Positions 47,301 to 61,682 of a DNA stretch of 64,000 nucleotides are shown here, in pieces. The DNA comes from Phoronis australis. Taxonomy: Eukaryota > Animalia > Phoronida. The translations under genes and the position numbers were made by a program. The notes under the pieces were generated by a model, which did not search any database, was not told the DNA's origin, and worked only from the letters and a program-made list of their open reading frames with translations. The stretch is from assembly GCA_002633005.1 (NCBI GenBank), contig NMRA01000204.1, positions 514,272 through 578,271 of the forward strand, in the 5' to 3' direction. How positions within the stretch are numbered: position 1 is the first letter of the stretch; the number at the start of each line of letters is the position of its first letter.

Positions 47301-50300
47301 GACAACTCTTTGGTGCATTGACTTGTTCTTTAACTGTATTTTTCTTTGTCTCTGTGGTTAATTATTGACACATTTTAAGATTTAATATTCAGGTTGGACT
47401 CCAAAGACCGGCCATTTAACTCACGCAATGTAAATTTCCGCTTTGTTTATCGCAGTGAGCCTCGCTTTGGATTTTAATGTCCGCCGCGTGAATAGAGTCT
47501 ATGTATAGCCTCGTGTCAGTGAGTTTGATGCGTTTTCAAGCACACTGAGTAGGTATCAATGATAAAAGTTCTCGGTAATAAAAGTGTGTTTAATATGCTA
47601 TTTTAAATTTGAATTCTTCTCACTGTCAGCGTGGTCAAAGTTCCCAATTCTGAGGAGGAACTCCGACTGGTGGATGATGCTTTTGCCAAGCTGTGTAATA
47701 TGGTCAATGATTTGTCAATGAAAGTCCGAGCAGAAGCTGCTGGTTTGCTGGTAGGTGTCACTTCTGAAGTCATGTAATCCTGACTGTACCAGGTTTAATT
47801 TGCCATGTTCAGGTTGAAGATGTTTGTAATATTTGTGTATACGCATGATACACAAAACTTGAGCCTTTCATTTAACAATGCTTGATTGTTGCTCTTATGT
47901 GTGTGCAATTGTTGTTTTCTGAGCATGTTAATTCACACTTGTTTATTTCTTTCCTAGGGCTCACTTCACCTGGTTAGTTCAAAGTTTTTAGATCAAACTT
48001 TGGATAAGAAGTTGATGTCAAATATGAGGGTAAGTTCAGCTTTTAATATTTTGTTGAAGGTGTTTTAAATGAAAGTATGGGAACTTAAAAAGGAGTCTCT
48101 ACTGAAGGTTCTGGTTCAGGTTACTGTGAGTACTAATGAATTGAAATTTCACTGCATTCTTTCAGTGGAGCATATGCTTCAATATTAGGAAGAGTCAGTC
48201 TGTAAATGTCTTCTCTGTACAAAGTCTTGAAACAGGCTACTCACAATTGGCATTTTGTAATAAACCATTTTGTATTTTAGTTGCACCCCGTTCTTTGTTT
48301 TTAGTTGTTTTAGTATTTATTTGGGCATCTGTGTATATTGTATATTCAATATTAAGTATATGCTATTTCTTCTGTATTTTTAGTATTTATTTCCTTATTT
48401 ACTGTCTGCACCATGTTGGAGAGTAATTGTTATTGTCTTATGGGCAGTGAGAACTAAATATGTACACAGAATGAATGTATATAATTTCACCATTATTTGG
48501 CCACATAGAAAGACAGACACGAATACACAATGTTGTCACTTGCCCATTGAATAGCAGCGTCTTCATTGTTTCAGAGAAAGCGTAGTGCACATGAACGTCA
48601 GAAAGAACACTTTGAGACAGGGGAGTGGTCAACTGGTCAGAAGTGGGCCGATGATGCCCCTAAAGAGCAAGTGGATGCTGACAGTGTCAATTTGATGTCA
48701 TCGGGCGCATGTGGTGCATTTGTACATGGCTTGGAGGATGAGTTCTATGGTAACAGCACTGTGTGTTGAGTAATGAGTAGGGTCCATTTGTACATGGCTT
48801 GGAGAATGAGTTGTATGATAGCAGTTCTGTGTGTGGAGTATTGAGTATGGTGCATTTGTACATAGCTTGGAATACGACTTTTATGGTACCTGCCCTGCTT
48901 GTTAAGTAATGAGTTGTTTTATTAAACTGTCCCTTTGTTGTGAGTGATTGTCTTCTCGTTTCCTTTAATGACCAGGATATGAAAACAGTATTAGTGTAAA
49001 TGTCACTATTAATATGTGTCTGCACTGGAGCTGTTGCAAAGTATGTAAACCTTCACAACGCTTTAGGTTTACTGGGCTTTTTGTTAACTAAATGCTTTCT
49101 GCAGCATGAGCGGATAAAAGTTTTTCATATGTCCTGGTTGGGATACTTAGTGTAGAGCTCACTTCACTCACCACTCACAAAGCCATGTAGGCCTGCACTA
49201 CACTAACCACTGACAGAGCTATGTAGGCCTACACTACAACGCAACTGTAGTCAGTGTCTCTTCATTTCGTCAACATTGTTAATGGTCATTGACTTCCTTT
49301 ACAGAGGTGCGTAATGCTGCCATTGACTCACTGTGTGAACTGGCCTCCCAGTCAGCTCACTTTGCTGTTCAGTGTCAAGACTACTTGGTGGACATGTTCA
49401 ACGATGAGATCGAGAGCGTGCGCCTCAACGCTATTCATAGCTTACGCAAGATCAGTCATCACATCGTGTTGAGAGAAGATCAAGTGGAAATTGTGCTGGA
49501 AATATTAAAAGTAATGTGAAATGAGGCAATGTTCCAGTTTCAAACCAGTATTTCTTTTATGGTGCCTGCCGTTGTGTTGCAGTAATGTAAGCAATAGTCT
49601 GATATAACGTTCCCACATTTTGAGAACAAGTGCTGTGGAGAAAACTGGTTTCAAAATGTGAGCATGTTATATCCGACTATTACAATAAAATGTTCATAGT
49701 TTGTTCTCACTTATTATGAAGAACCTGGAAAATGACAAAAAATAGTTTCCGTGGATGAAAATTCATTGAAAAGCAAAATTGGGTGAAAGTTAAAGAAAAT
49801 TTGCAAGCTGAATAAATGAAAGGTCCCTTGTTTTTTCAGTCTGTGCTTTTAAGTCATGCTTGGTAATAATCACAAGTAACATTGCTTCACATCTATTGTG
49901 GCAAAAACAAAACATTGAAATTTTTTACCCTGTAAAATTCGTCAAGCCGTATGTGACTATTCACGGCAAATAGTTAATATCCTTTTCATTAAGTTAATAA
50001 TATACGTTGTACCTCCCTCCGTGAAATAGAAGTACTTCTGCGTGCCACCATGTGGTAGTAGCGGTCATGGACCCCTTGTGGCTATTTACCATTGTTTCAT
50101 AAAAGATTTGAAGACACTGGAGGCATTGAATTTATTGTTCTTGTTGCAATATTCTTTTCTTTGGTTGATCAGTACTGTAGGTCTGCATTCCTAGTTCTGT
50201 GTTGTAGATATTTCATCTCAGTTGTCAACACCTTCACATTTTTCTTTTAACAATCCTGTTCATCAATTTCCCTGTATAAGTTAATTTGAATATCAGATAA

Positions 50301-53300
50301 TTGTTGTCAGTGTTCTAACTTTTTACTGTTAGGATTGCAGCTATGACATTCGTGAAGGTCTGCGTGAAATGCTGTGTACAGTCAAGCTGGCCACTACTGC
50401 TTGTCTCAAGACCTGCATGTTGTCTATGTTGGAGAATCTCAAGCGATATCCCCAAGACAGGTGTTCAGTTTGGAGGTACAGTGGTGATGTGCACGATTTA
50501 TACAATGTGTTCAACTAAATGTTTGTAACTCTCTCTGTATGATTCACAGCATTTAGAGTTCTGTTCATCTAAATATTCTTATTTGTCTCTTTATGGTGCA
50601 CATCATTTTGAGATGTGTTCAACTAAATGTTCATTACTTTCTATGTATATGAAATCTGTTTGATCAGCTTGTTAATAACTCAAGTTTTGGTTGGTTTTCT
50701 TTGAGGGATTGATTGGCCAGGACTGTCTACTAGAGTGGGTGAAGTGTTTACTAAGAATGGGCACTCCTTATCCACTAGGTGGCGCAAATGAATAAGGGTT
50801 CCCCTTTTTGCCATTTGAACAGATTAAGAGAAGAAAGCAATTCATAAGGAACCCACATGATTACCTGATTCGGGAGGTGCGCCTTGCTTCACTTGTCACA
50901 CATTGTTAATGTTGAGTTCTCCATTGGAATACTGTTGCAGTGCAGTCATTTTGGTGCTGAGATTGCACAATATTCAAAGTTTTGTGTGGTTGATTGGCTC
51001 GTATTTGTTGAATAGTGCACTTGTTGTTATCTGTACCAGGACTATGCAACACCTGGGGGAGCAGCACAGCTGGCTGACACTGCCTATAGTACCTGAGTTA
51101 CTCAGTTGCCACCCCTACTTTGACACACCTGAACCTGACATGGATGATCCTGCATGTATCCTTTTGTACCAAGTGTGCCACTGAGTCATCATTTTCACAC
51201 TGAGGCCATCCTCAAAATATTTTTCCTGGCTCAAATGTCACTTCTCTGAGGAGGCTGGGTTGGTAGGCAGGCTCCAATTTTGATTGACAGGATGCACTCA
51301 CTTCTTTGCAAAAACATCTTTTGTCAGATTGCAAATAAAATATTTTGTAATGCTCATATTTTAAAGTCTGACAGCCCCATGAGAGAAAACTAACTTAATG
51401 CAATTGTGACCTTATATGATAGTAATACTTCATAGATTCAAGATCCACCAAATCCATGCATGAATCAGTGTTTTTAAACACTAAAATATTGGCAAATGTA
51501 GACATATTTGCCAATATTTTAGATAATTATTTGCTTTTTCAGGATTTATAAGTTGCGTTTACTAATTACACGCCACTCACCGTGATCACAGAGCATAACA
51601 TACACATTGTGTTTCTAATGGAATAAACCTAATGCAACAAGGATGAACTCGGGGGTGTCTTTATGAATAGGCTTGACTTGTTGCTTGGCTGGGGCATACC
51701 TTGCTGTCTCCAGAATTATTTTGATGTCCTAAGAGATTGCGCCTGGTAAAGAACCACACCTAGCCTAGTCTTGGTGTAGCAAAGTCTGTAAATGCTGTTA
51801 CTTTGTCATTTTCTACTTTGTTATTGGTCACGCCTACATTTATAGCTCAGACACTTGAACACACTAAATCACCGATGTTAAGTGCTGCTGAGATCCTGAG
51901 TTATAATACTTTCGGTTGAATAGCTAATTTTTTTTTTAAGTAGGCCTGAACAAAGACACAAACAGGGAGAATTATATCACAAAGAAAGACTGCAAACCAC
52001 ACACTCTCTTATAACTGTGGATTGAATTCACCTCTTTACTCTGGACTCAATTGTATACCACTTCCTTCACCATATGATCAGATATCTCCATCCTCATCCT
52101 AGTCTTCAATGCTGCAGCTCACAGTCCAACCATGACAGCACTGTTCCCTCAACATACTCACAGACATTACCACTATCTACGTGATACTCTACCCAAACTT
52201 GTGCCAAACCTGCAGGTAAGTTATGTTCATCTGCTGTTTAAATATCAATGTTTTTAATGATACGTTACTTACTCGATTATGCTTGGCTGGCCAGACTTAA
52301 CTCTCTGTTGCACTTATCATGTATGTCCTAAAAACAAAGGCGTTACATGTATAAAGAGGCCTGATCATATGAGTTTGATACAAACGGTTAACTTTTCTCG
52401 TTTACCATGCTTCCCTAGTATTTGAGACTGTTCATCAAATGTAGATGCTAAACATTCTGTATCTGTGAGTCAATTTTTGGTATGCTTATGTTTCAGTGGA
52501 CATCTTCAAAACTCCATGTGATGATCTATTATACATAGGTGATAGGTGCCCGCCTTCTTTATTCGAGGTCATGGGTTCGAGTCCCACTTGGTCACACTGC
52601 TAGACCCTTGAGTCAGGTTTCTAGCTCCTCTGCTTGGTTTTAACTATATATTAATAAAAATCAAAAATAGTTCCAGGTGATCAGTGCAGTGGGCCCACAT
52701 GCAGCCTGCGCACGTCTGGCACAACGTGTACCAGACCGTCTGCAATTATTTTTTTTATTTTATTATACACATCTACATTCTTTTCACTGACAACAATTTC
52801 ATTCTGCTGATCGAACCATTCTCTGTTTAAATCGCCTGTGTCCTTTTTCTAGGATTTGACTAATGACGAGTCCCCTGATACTAGTAAAAGTTTGGAGAGA
52901 ACAAAAGTTTTCCTGAAGGAAATCTTGGACAAACTAGCGTGCCTGGAGGATTCATCAAAGTCTTCATCACAGTTGGTTTTACAGAGCACCATCAGGTAGG
53001 TCATGGTCTAGCTGGGGATTGTGGGCCGAGGTCATGATGATTGTGTGTGCTGGCTTAATATGAAGGATTACAAGCTTGGACTGTGGCTGTTGCTGTAGTT
53101 GGGTTATTGTTTCAAAATTACTTTCAATTGACTGACAAGCACATGGGCTCTACAAAGTCAGGTGACAAAGATGGCTGAAACTGCAGTCTAGTTTAATGTC
53201 TGCAAGTAGGACTTTTAAAAATATTTGATATGAGAGCAAATAATTAAATGTTGAAAATTTGTCGAAATATTTGTCGTTGCTTGTTCACAAGTAATTTCCT

Positions 53301-56300
53301 TGATCCAATACTGTGACTTATTTAATATGCGGGACCTTATCAACTAGTCTGTATATTTAGCCAAATATTTACCAAACTATAGATTTTAACCCAGTAAACG
53401 TATATTTTCTAACTGTAGAAACCATGTAGAATTTAATATCTGACTTTATTCCAATCTGCTGTTAACTGGGTCACGTGACCATGTCTTTTTAATGAAATTT
53501 AGCAAAAAGGAAAGGTGTATCCACACCATAATGATGGTATCAATAATATGAACCAGTTTCTTTGGATTGAAATATTCGAGATTAAATCTTTAAAGTGCTG
53601 TAACAGTTTTCTAAATTATCATTTAATCTATGAGGAGTGCATTAAGCATAGTATCATATGAATCAATATGACGTTCCTAAGTTTGACAAATTTTGGATAT
53701 TTTCCTAGAGTCCTGTGTAATTAGTGTATATCATTAGCTGCACTCACTGGGGTTACGTCCAGGGCACTTTTTGGGATAATGAAAAATAGGAAAAAAAGCC
53801 AGGGATAAGTGCTCGAAAACGAAAGTTACCATTTACCCGAGTGGTCAAGTCACCTGCGCCTTCCCCATATTTGCCCACAGTTAGAATGCACAAGAGCCAT
53901 TTCAAGTTCACTTCAGTAAAAACTGTATTTTCCCGCCTGAATATGACAAGGTGCCTATTAAACTTTCTGCTTATTATCCAATGGGGACTAAGCTGTATCC
54001 GTATTAGTAACTACTTGTTTAAAACTGTCATGAGACGGGCATCAACAAAGACACTGGCACTTGATTGGATAGATCATGGGTGGGTGTTAAGCTGAAAAAA
54101 TTTGGAAATTCCAGGAGTTTGTGTTAACTTGTATGAGTAGCGTAACTGATTGTGAATGATTTGTCCTATTGAAGACTGTTGGTGTTCGTACTCACTTGCG
54201 AGTTTATTGATCAGATGTTAAACACCATGTAATATAGTTAGTGAATTGTTACTATAAACAATTAATCGTGGAATGAAGTTATATTTTGTTGTATTTACAA
54301 GATAAGTCTACATACAATTATGACTAACTTAACAGCTTTTCTGGAATGAATTATTTACAGAGATGTGGATAGAATATCTGAAATTGAGCCTCAGTTGTCA
54401 TCTGAGGCAAAGTGTTTGTCCATGTGTCTCACCTGTTACAAACTACTCTCTCAGGTAAGTTGTTAGTTGAACAAATTACACACTATTTACTAATTACTAT
54501 AAGTGAGTTGAAATGTTTGTGTTTTTAACAGTTCATATTTCCACTTTATCTCATTTATGTGCAAATACGGCCGTTTGCTATGCTGTGATATATGCCGTGA
54601 AGTTTAGGAAAGTAGAGCCAACCCATATACAATGGCAGAGGTTGTGTTACATGGTTGATATGCAGTCTCCTGGTGGAGTAAATTTGCAAATTTTATTGGA
54701 CTCATTCATTCGGGTTTACCTAAAATATTGATCCAAGGCATCGTTCCTGAAAAAGCAGTGTTACTGCTCTAAAAATTATTGCTAGCAGCAAAGATTTACC
54801 AATGGAAATTCTGACACCTAGTGATCAGGCAGCTATTTTTAAACCTCACTAGTTTTAATCCGAGTCATCATAAATAGGTCAATTGTCTACATAGCGTCCC
54901 CAAAAATCAGGCAAAAATCTAATTCAAATCAGACGAAAATATTCTGTTATGGATACATACTGTGTATCTATACTAAGAACTAATTAAGGATATTTACAGG
55001 AAATTGTGACCTATATACATATATCCGCCATTTGAACAGCGTGCCACAATATCTGAAGCTGTATATGAACACTGTTGTTGTCAAATAATGAACACATTTT
55101 CATTGTAGCTTCAGCAGTTTAACAGTTCTAGTTCTTCATCATTTGACAAGGTAAGTCAAGTGTGACGGTGAGTTGTTATGAGTGGAACACAAATACCGAC
55201 CTTGACAAGGAAACTTCTAGATATAAGCTCACTTAGTTATATGGCTTAGACTGCTGCTGTGAGTGTGTGTACAAAATCTAATTTAAATTATACTGGTATG
55301 TTTTACCTTCAACACACTCTCAGACTGTGCCATATCTTAATGACTCACTAGGTGTGTGATGTATTAGAAGCACTATTGTAGTGGGAAATAATAACGACTC
55401 TGAGAACGGGCTATTCTGATGTGCACTGGGATGTAGTTGGCCTGTGTCAAATAGATGCTCAACTGTCTGATGGTGCTGTTGACTTACTGGTACTGGTGCT
55501 TGTGATCCTGTGGGACTCAGCTGTGTCGGGTGTGTGATGGTGCTGTTGACTTAGTGGTACTGGCGCTTGTAACCATGTGAGACTCAGCTATCGGATGGTG
55601 CTGTTGACTTACTGGTACCCGCGTTGTGATGAGTCATCTTCACCTGCTCTCTTACAGGTGGTGGAGCTTACCTACCACATTGAGCACCTGTTTATGGGGC
55701 TGAGCTCAGTAGACCTGTCGCAAGTGTATCAGAGCCGACTGCGGGCACTTGCTGGACAGTTGTGTCATAGACTGGAACATACCAGTGGAGATGATGGACA
55801 ACAGCTGTGTCGACAGTTTCTACAGACTTTGGATGCCCTTAAGAGGTTGGTACCCAATTCAGTGGTTGTTATTGGATACCTATATCTGTATTTGGTACTT
55901 TTCAGTTTGGTATGGCTCTCACTGATGGCTATTATTAGACGGAATTTTGCTTAAATCAATAATTTGAGATAAATTTACATCCAACAAATGGTTAAGGATT
56001 CAAGTAACATAAATCTTAAGTTTCACCTCTGAGAAGAAATGCTGTCAACGTATCCTTGATCTATTTACTGTAACTTAATTTAATCTTACTTGTTAGATCA
56101 GCTGCAATTCTCTGTTCTTCCTGTTCAACACATTGCAGCTACATTTATTGTGTATGTGTGCATTTATATGTCAGAACCCTCACTGTTGGTTAAATTCAAA
56201 TGACTACGATGTGATAAGGAATAATTGTAGAAAACTAAACACGATTGCATTGCTGATAATGTGTAGCTCAATAAAGGCCAGGTTACCACTCACTGATGCC

Positions 56301-58614
56301 CTTGTAACTGGAGCTCTATAGAGCTCACCTCATGGGGATAGTTGAGATCGTTTGTGTATTCACTGCTGGCACCGGTGTCGGGTTGTTTTCAGTTGGTCTT
56401 ATTAGTTGTGACCCTTTTGTGGTTTTCTGTTTCCTCGATGGTGATAGACTGATTTACCATTGAAATTTTGGATAGCATATACATCCAAATACAATATGTT
56501 ATCATTGGCCATATGAGAATCAGAAACCGAATAACAATATGTTATCAGTAATCATTCTCAGTTTTCTATTGGTAATTTGGCCAAAAACTGACATCATGAA
56601 GGGATAGATGTGTACCAATTACTAAATTTTTATTTGAAAAAGTAAAGAAATTGCAGTGTTAATTGAATTCATTTCAGTTTTTTCCAAACACACAACATCG
56701 TACCAAGCCCCATGGTTCAGTCTCTCATAAGTAACAGAACTAACCTTGATGAGTCACGCCCACCGTCATTCACTTCTACTATTGGACCGTTAATGAGGTC
56801 AAAGCTACAGTTGATCAGAGTCAATAGTGATGTCAAGCAAGCTCAGGCTGTTATAATTGAACCAGCTGGCACATCAGATAATCCCCTCAAGTTGACCGCT
56901 GGGCTCACTCTGGCCATCCCCGTCAATTGCGAATTGGAAAATATCAGAGATGTCAACAATATCCGTGTGCAGGTATCGTATCCTACACATTCTAATAGTT
57001 GAAGTTAACAGTCTAGTCAACAGGTTTTCACGTGCCTACATTTACATGTTGGTGCATATGGCCATCATTCTCTGAGCATCTGGATAGATTTATATACTGC
57101 CCCCCTATTGCCGATCCTTAGTATTTTTTATCTCGTTTTTGAACTTGGTGGGGGCAACTAGTGCTTGCACTTAGAAGTTTGCCGACATTGTTAATCATGG
57201 GTGTTTTTCACACACAATAGGCCTTTGAAATTGATATGCAAGTTCAGTGAAAGCAGTTCTTTGTGAGCTTTGCTCTTATGCATACAGTTGCTCCAGTTGG
57301 ACTATGTAACTGAACACGATTTAAGAAAGGGGTCTATGTCCTGGCCGAGAAGATAATTGTTTTGTTACCTCCTATGAATTCTGAATAGCTACGACTGTAA
57401 ATAAATGTTGTTGGTGTCTTTCTCTCTATATGCCAAATCCATCTAAAGATCATTTTGAAATTTCGCAGATGTGCTCCTATTGAGTAAAGCACTGGTGTTG
57501 AATTTATAGATGGATCTGAATACTGTGGTGCGCCTAAGTCTTAAATTGTCTTACACCTGCTTCCTTTGATATCGACAAAAGTTCATTGGATCTTCAAAAA
57601 GTTTGGGGAGATTCTTCAGAACTGATACTGATTTTGGAATATTTCCTTTTGCTGTGTAAATGTTTGGAAATTGAGCAGCCTTTACTTCTTTGCCGTTTGC
57701 TATACACATGGTGGTCACTGTGACTACTGGGTATTCCTTTGTATAATGCCTAAGTCAAGTTTGGAATCAATGTTTCAAAACAGGTGCCTTCGGATTTGTT
57801 AGAACAGAAAATAAGAAAAGAAATAACTCTGAGGTTGCGTTCATTTTTAAGTTTATTACAAAAACACTAAAAAAATAAATTGATTTCACACAATGAAGAA
57901 CAAAATGTTGTACAACAGGTTAAATACCCAGACGGTACCAGCCAGCTGATCAAGCCTAGTCCAGATGCCATCAAACAGCAGGGGGTGAATAGATACAGAC
58001 TGATGATGAACGTCCTCCTCTCACACACACTCTGGACTGGTAGGTTACTCACTCTTGCTGTCCATTCAGTCATGAGATAATGGTTTAAAGTGGCATTTGC
58101 AACATCCAACTGTGGACAAGGTGTAAACGAAAGTGCTTAGTAATGCTCTTTTATCATTAAATTCCTATTTCAACCAATCTGTGATTATACCCATAAATAA
58201 TTGGTAATGTGAAAATATGACCAGATAACGGAGGTCATAACAACAGATAACCCGTGTCATGCTGAGATTTCCCAACACTTTGTCGCAGTTCTGACTGGAC
58301 CAAGGTTGATATTGTAGAATCGTTGAAGAAATTGTGCAGTCGCCATGTTAAACTCATTTGGTCATAACTTCACACAGATTTAATTCTTGAATATGGAAAT
58401 GTTACTTTAATGTATGTTGTATATAACAACAAACTATGGGTTGTTGTGAACTGATCTGTTGGGTATTCCAGAGGCGTCCCATGTGCAACTGAGCATTGTG
58501 CAATCCTACTCCCAGAATGCACTTCTTCAAGACTCTAGTGCTGGCGATGAACATGTGATTGCATTGAGTAATCCAGTGAAGATCTACGTAGCAACACGTC
58601 AAGCACGCCGATGA
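41396..58614 (+). CDS. INTS4: Integrator complex subunit 4; exons 41396-41449, 42251-42557, 43221-43327, 44375-44560, 45021-45160, 47630-47750, 47958-48029, 48575-48749, 49305-49510, 50333-50475, 51040-51155, 52082-52215, 52853-52995, 54361-54454, 55109-55150, 55658-55845, 56678-56972, 57919-58039, 58472-58614
   Basis: MAALLKKR start; HEAT repeats; motifs RLVDDAF, QTLDKKLMS, KWADDAPKE, SGACGAFVHGLEDE, LVDMFNDEIE.VRL, PELLS.HP.FDT.EPDMDDPAY; C-terminal PVKIYV...ARR. Confidence 0.96.
45479..47500 (+). mobile_element. Decayed ISL2EU/Harbinger-like DNA transposon with THAP remnant and nested MITEs, in INTS4 intron 5
   Basis: TIRs AGACCCTATTCACG / CGTGAATAGAGTCT flanked by AT; subterminal inverted match; 45601 frame reads CFTIPKDVGIRKRWVLAIRRDEG; nested GGCGGATTTAGGGGG...GCCACTG elements at ~46000-46316 and ~46520-46692. 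Confidence 0.7.
48714..48890 (+). repeat. ~68-bp tandem triplication of the INTS4 exon-8 end and donor
   Basis: CATTTGTACAT.GCTTGGA at ~48717, 48785, 48853. Confidence 0.85.
51156..52081 (+). other. U12-type (minor spliceosome) GT-AG intron of INTS4
   Basis: 5' site GTATCCTTT; branch-like TTCCTTCAC at 52062-52070, 11 nt before the 3' end; no polypyrimidine tract; splicing restores DDPAY-ISILILVFNAA. Confidence 0.88.
52540..52760 (+). mobile_element. tRNA-derived SINE, copy 2
   Basis: Pol III B box GGTTCGAGTCC at 52574-52584; body shared with 22924-23105; T-rich tail. Confidence 0.75.
55468..55635. repeat. ~58-68-bp tandem repeat x3 just upstream of the INTS4 exon-16 acceptor
   Basis: GATGGTGCTGTTGACTTA.TGGTAC at ~55470, 55536, 55594. 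Confidence 0.85.
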
Positions 58615-58679
58615 TACGCCTTTATGTATGAAGTGTCGAGTCTGACAGCTGGACTCCCATAGAATGTGGTCAGAGAACT

Positions 58680-59778
<1,099 letters not shown>

Positions 59779-61682
59779 CTAATGAATACTTACTTTAATA
59801 GAAAATTAAGTCAGATTCTCAAGTGACAAAATTGCCCACGAGCAACGCCGAGCACTGATACACACCCACTGTGTGCATTGCATACAGTGCAGATAAAAGA
59901 GATGATCAGTATTTTAACATTCCCACTGATCAGAACAATACTTAAAATAGTCTTTAGAGGGTGAAAAACAAGTCAGTAATTGTCTCCTCAATAAAAAAGA
60001 CACCTTTCTTCGTGATAGTTCAAGCAGTTGGGAGGCACAGCATTAATAAAAAAGCAACGCAGGTGAAACATGGAGCAGCTGGTGTCGGCTACAAGTAACT
60101 TAATTGCCAAAAATGTGAGCATCCATTACAGAACTTTCTATATATCAAGGCAAACACAAAGAAAACCAAAGTTACCACAAGGCAACTGCATGGTAGTCAC
60201 ATTTGTCTCGGAATACATGTCGGTTGCATACCCCTCGACAGAAACATTCCAAACATCATGCATATCCATCAAGAAACCTCAAATGTGCACAGTGGTAGTT
60301 CGATCTGTCTCACATTGTCATACATTGTTGCATTCAAAGAAATAATTCCTGATTTCAACAAAGATCCTGCAAGGGTTTAGGAGAAACAATGAACAAAAAA
60401 TGCCATAGTAGTCTAAGCCAATCCATAATTAATGTCAATTCAGCTCTTCTCAATAGGAACTCGGCTGCCAATTTTCATTTTTTTGAATGACTTGGCAGAT
60501 AGAGAGATGAAGAGAAAAAGAAATGTAGAAATGGCTACTAGGTGGCACAGAACACGTTAATCCATCTGAAGATGGGAAGGCATCGTCGACTCCCAAGTTC
60601 CTGGACCATTTGCCAAATTTCATTAACTCGGCAAATGTAAAAACGTAATTGGCACTAGGAGGTAAAGAAATCATCCAAAAATTTGCTCACACCGTCCCAC
60701 CCAGGATAGGAACAAGTCTGCAAAATTTCAGGATCATCCAGCAAGGGGTTTTGGAGATAGAGCAGCAGATACTAGACACTAGATGGGGCTGACAGCATTT
60801 TATGTGCTCACATATATATGTGGGCGCATGAAAATAACAAAAAAAAACTAGCAATTTATAAGTGATATGTGAATCTAGAATAAACCCTCAACATGTGTGC
60901 GTGCAGTCAACATACCACTTTGATTATTTATCTCAAGTATTCACTGTTACAGTAATGGATAGACATTTCCTGACTAGACAGTTTTATTGCATTTCAAAAC
61001 CCGATATCCACTGGCGTACCCAGGATGTCCTAAAGAGGACACATGTTTGCTAACCCCTAAGAACATCATTGCGATGGGACTTTATTCAAGGTCACATCTT
61101 CGGGTCATTCCTGTCACTACAGAAAACAGAATTTTGTTACGGTAAAGTCGCGTGATTTTCGGACACTGAAAATTAATTCCAATAGAGAAAATTCATTCTT
61201 GGACGAATCTCGCGAAATATCATTTTGTGGTGTCCGAATTTGGCGGACCTCCAAATTTGGGTTTCCGCCAGTGTCCGAATTTCGTGGGTGTACATTATTT
61301 CGATGACCGGTTGTAGTATCAACAATGCTGGCTCGGTCATTTGATAGCAGTATAATTGCAGGTAAATGAGACTCAAATGGTCTGAGCGATTAATTTTTGA
61401 AAATCTGGCTTTCCCAATAAGAAATGTGCGTCGTCGACGCACAAAGACCGTTCCCAGCAAGTGTTGGTTCTTCTTTTCAAAGATGTGCTTTCTCAATATG
61501 AAATATTCGGCTTGCATTGCCGATGCTCAAAAACNNNNNNNNNNNNNNNNNNNNNNNNNNNNNNNNNNNNNNNNNNNNNNNNNNNNNNNNNNNNNNNNNN
61601 NNNNNNNNNNNNNNNNNNNNNNNNNNNNNNNNNNNNNNNNNNNNNNNNNNNNNNNNNNNNNNNNNNNNNNNNNNNNNNNNNN

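Noticed and set aside
52560-52600. tRNA gene (also tRNA-like B box on the minus strand at ~5365-5385)
   Set aside because: No complete cloverleaf; the 52.5-kb copy continues into a repeat body, so a SINE head is more likely
56973-56985. Second U12 intron in INTS4 (GTATCGTATCC)
   Set aside because: Donor is GTATCG, not GTATCC, and there is no U12 branch site before the 57918 acceptor
60070-60345. ORF repeated at 63491 (MEQLVSATSN...)
   Set aside because: Recurs only because of the segment duplication; the second copy has a premature stop; antisense within a CFAP300 intron
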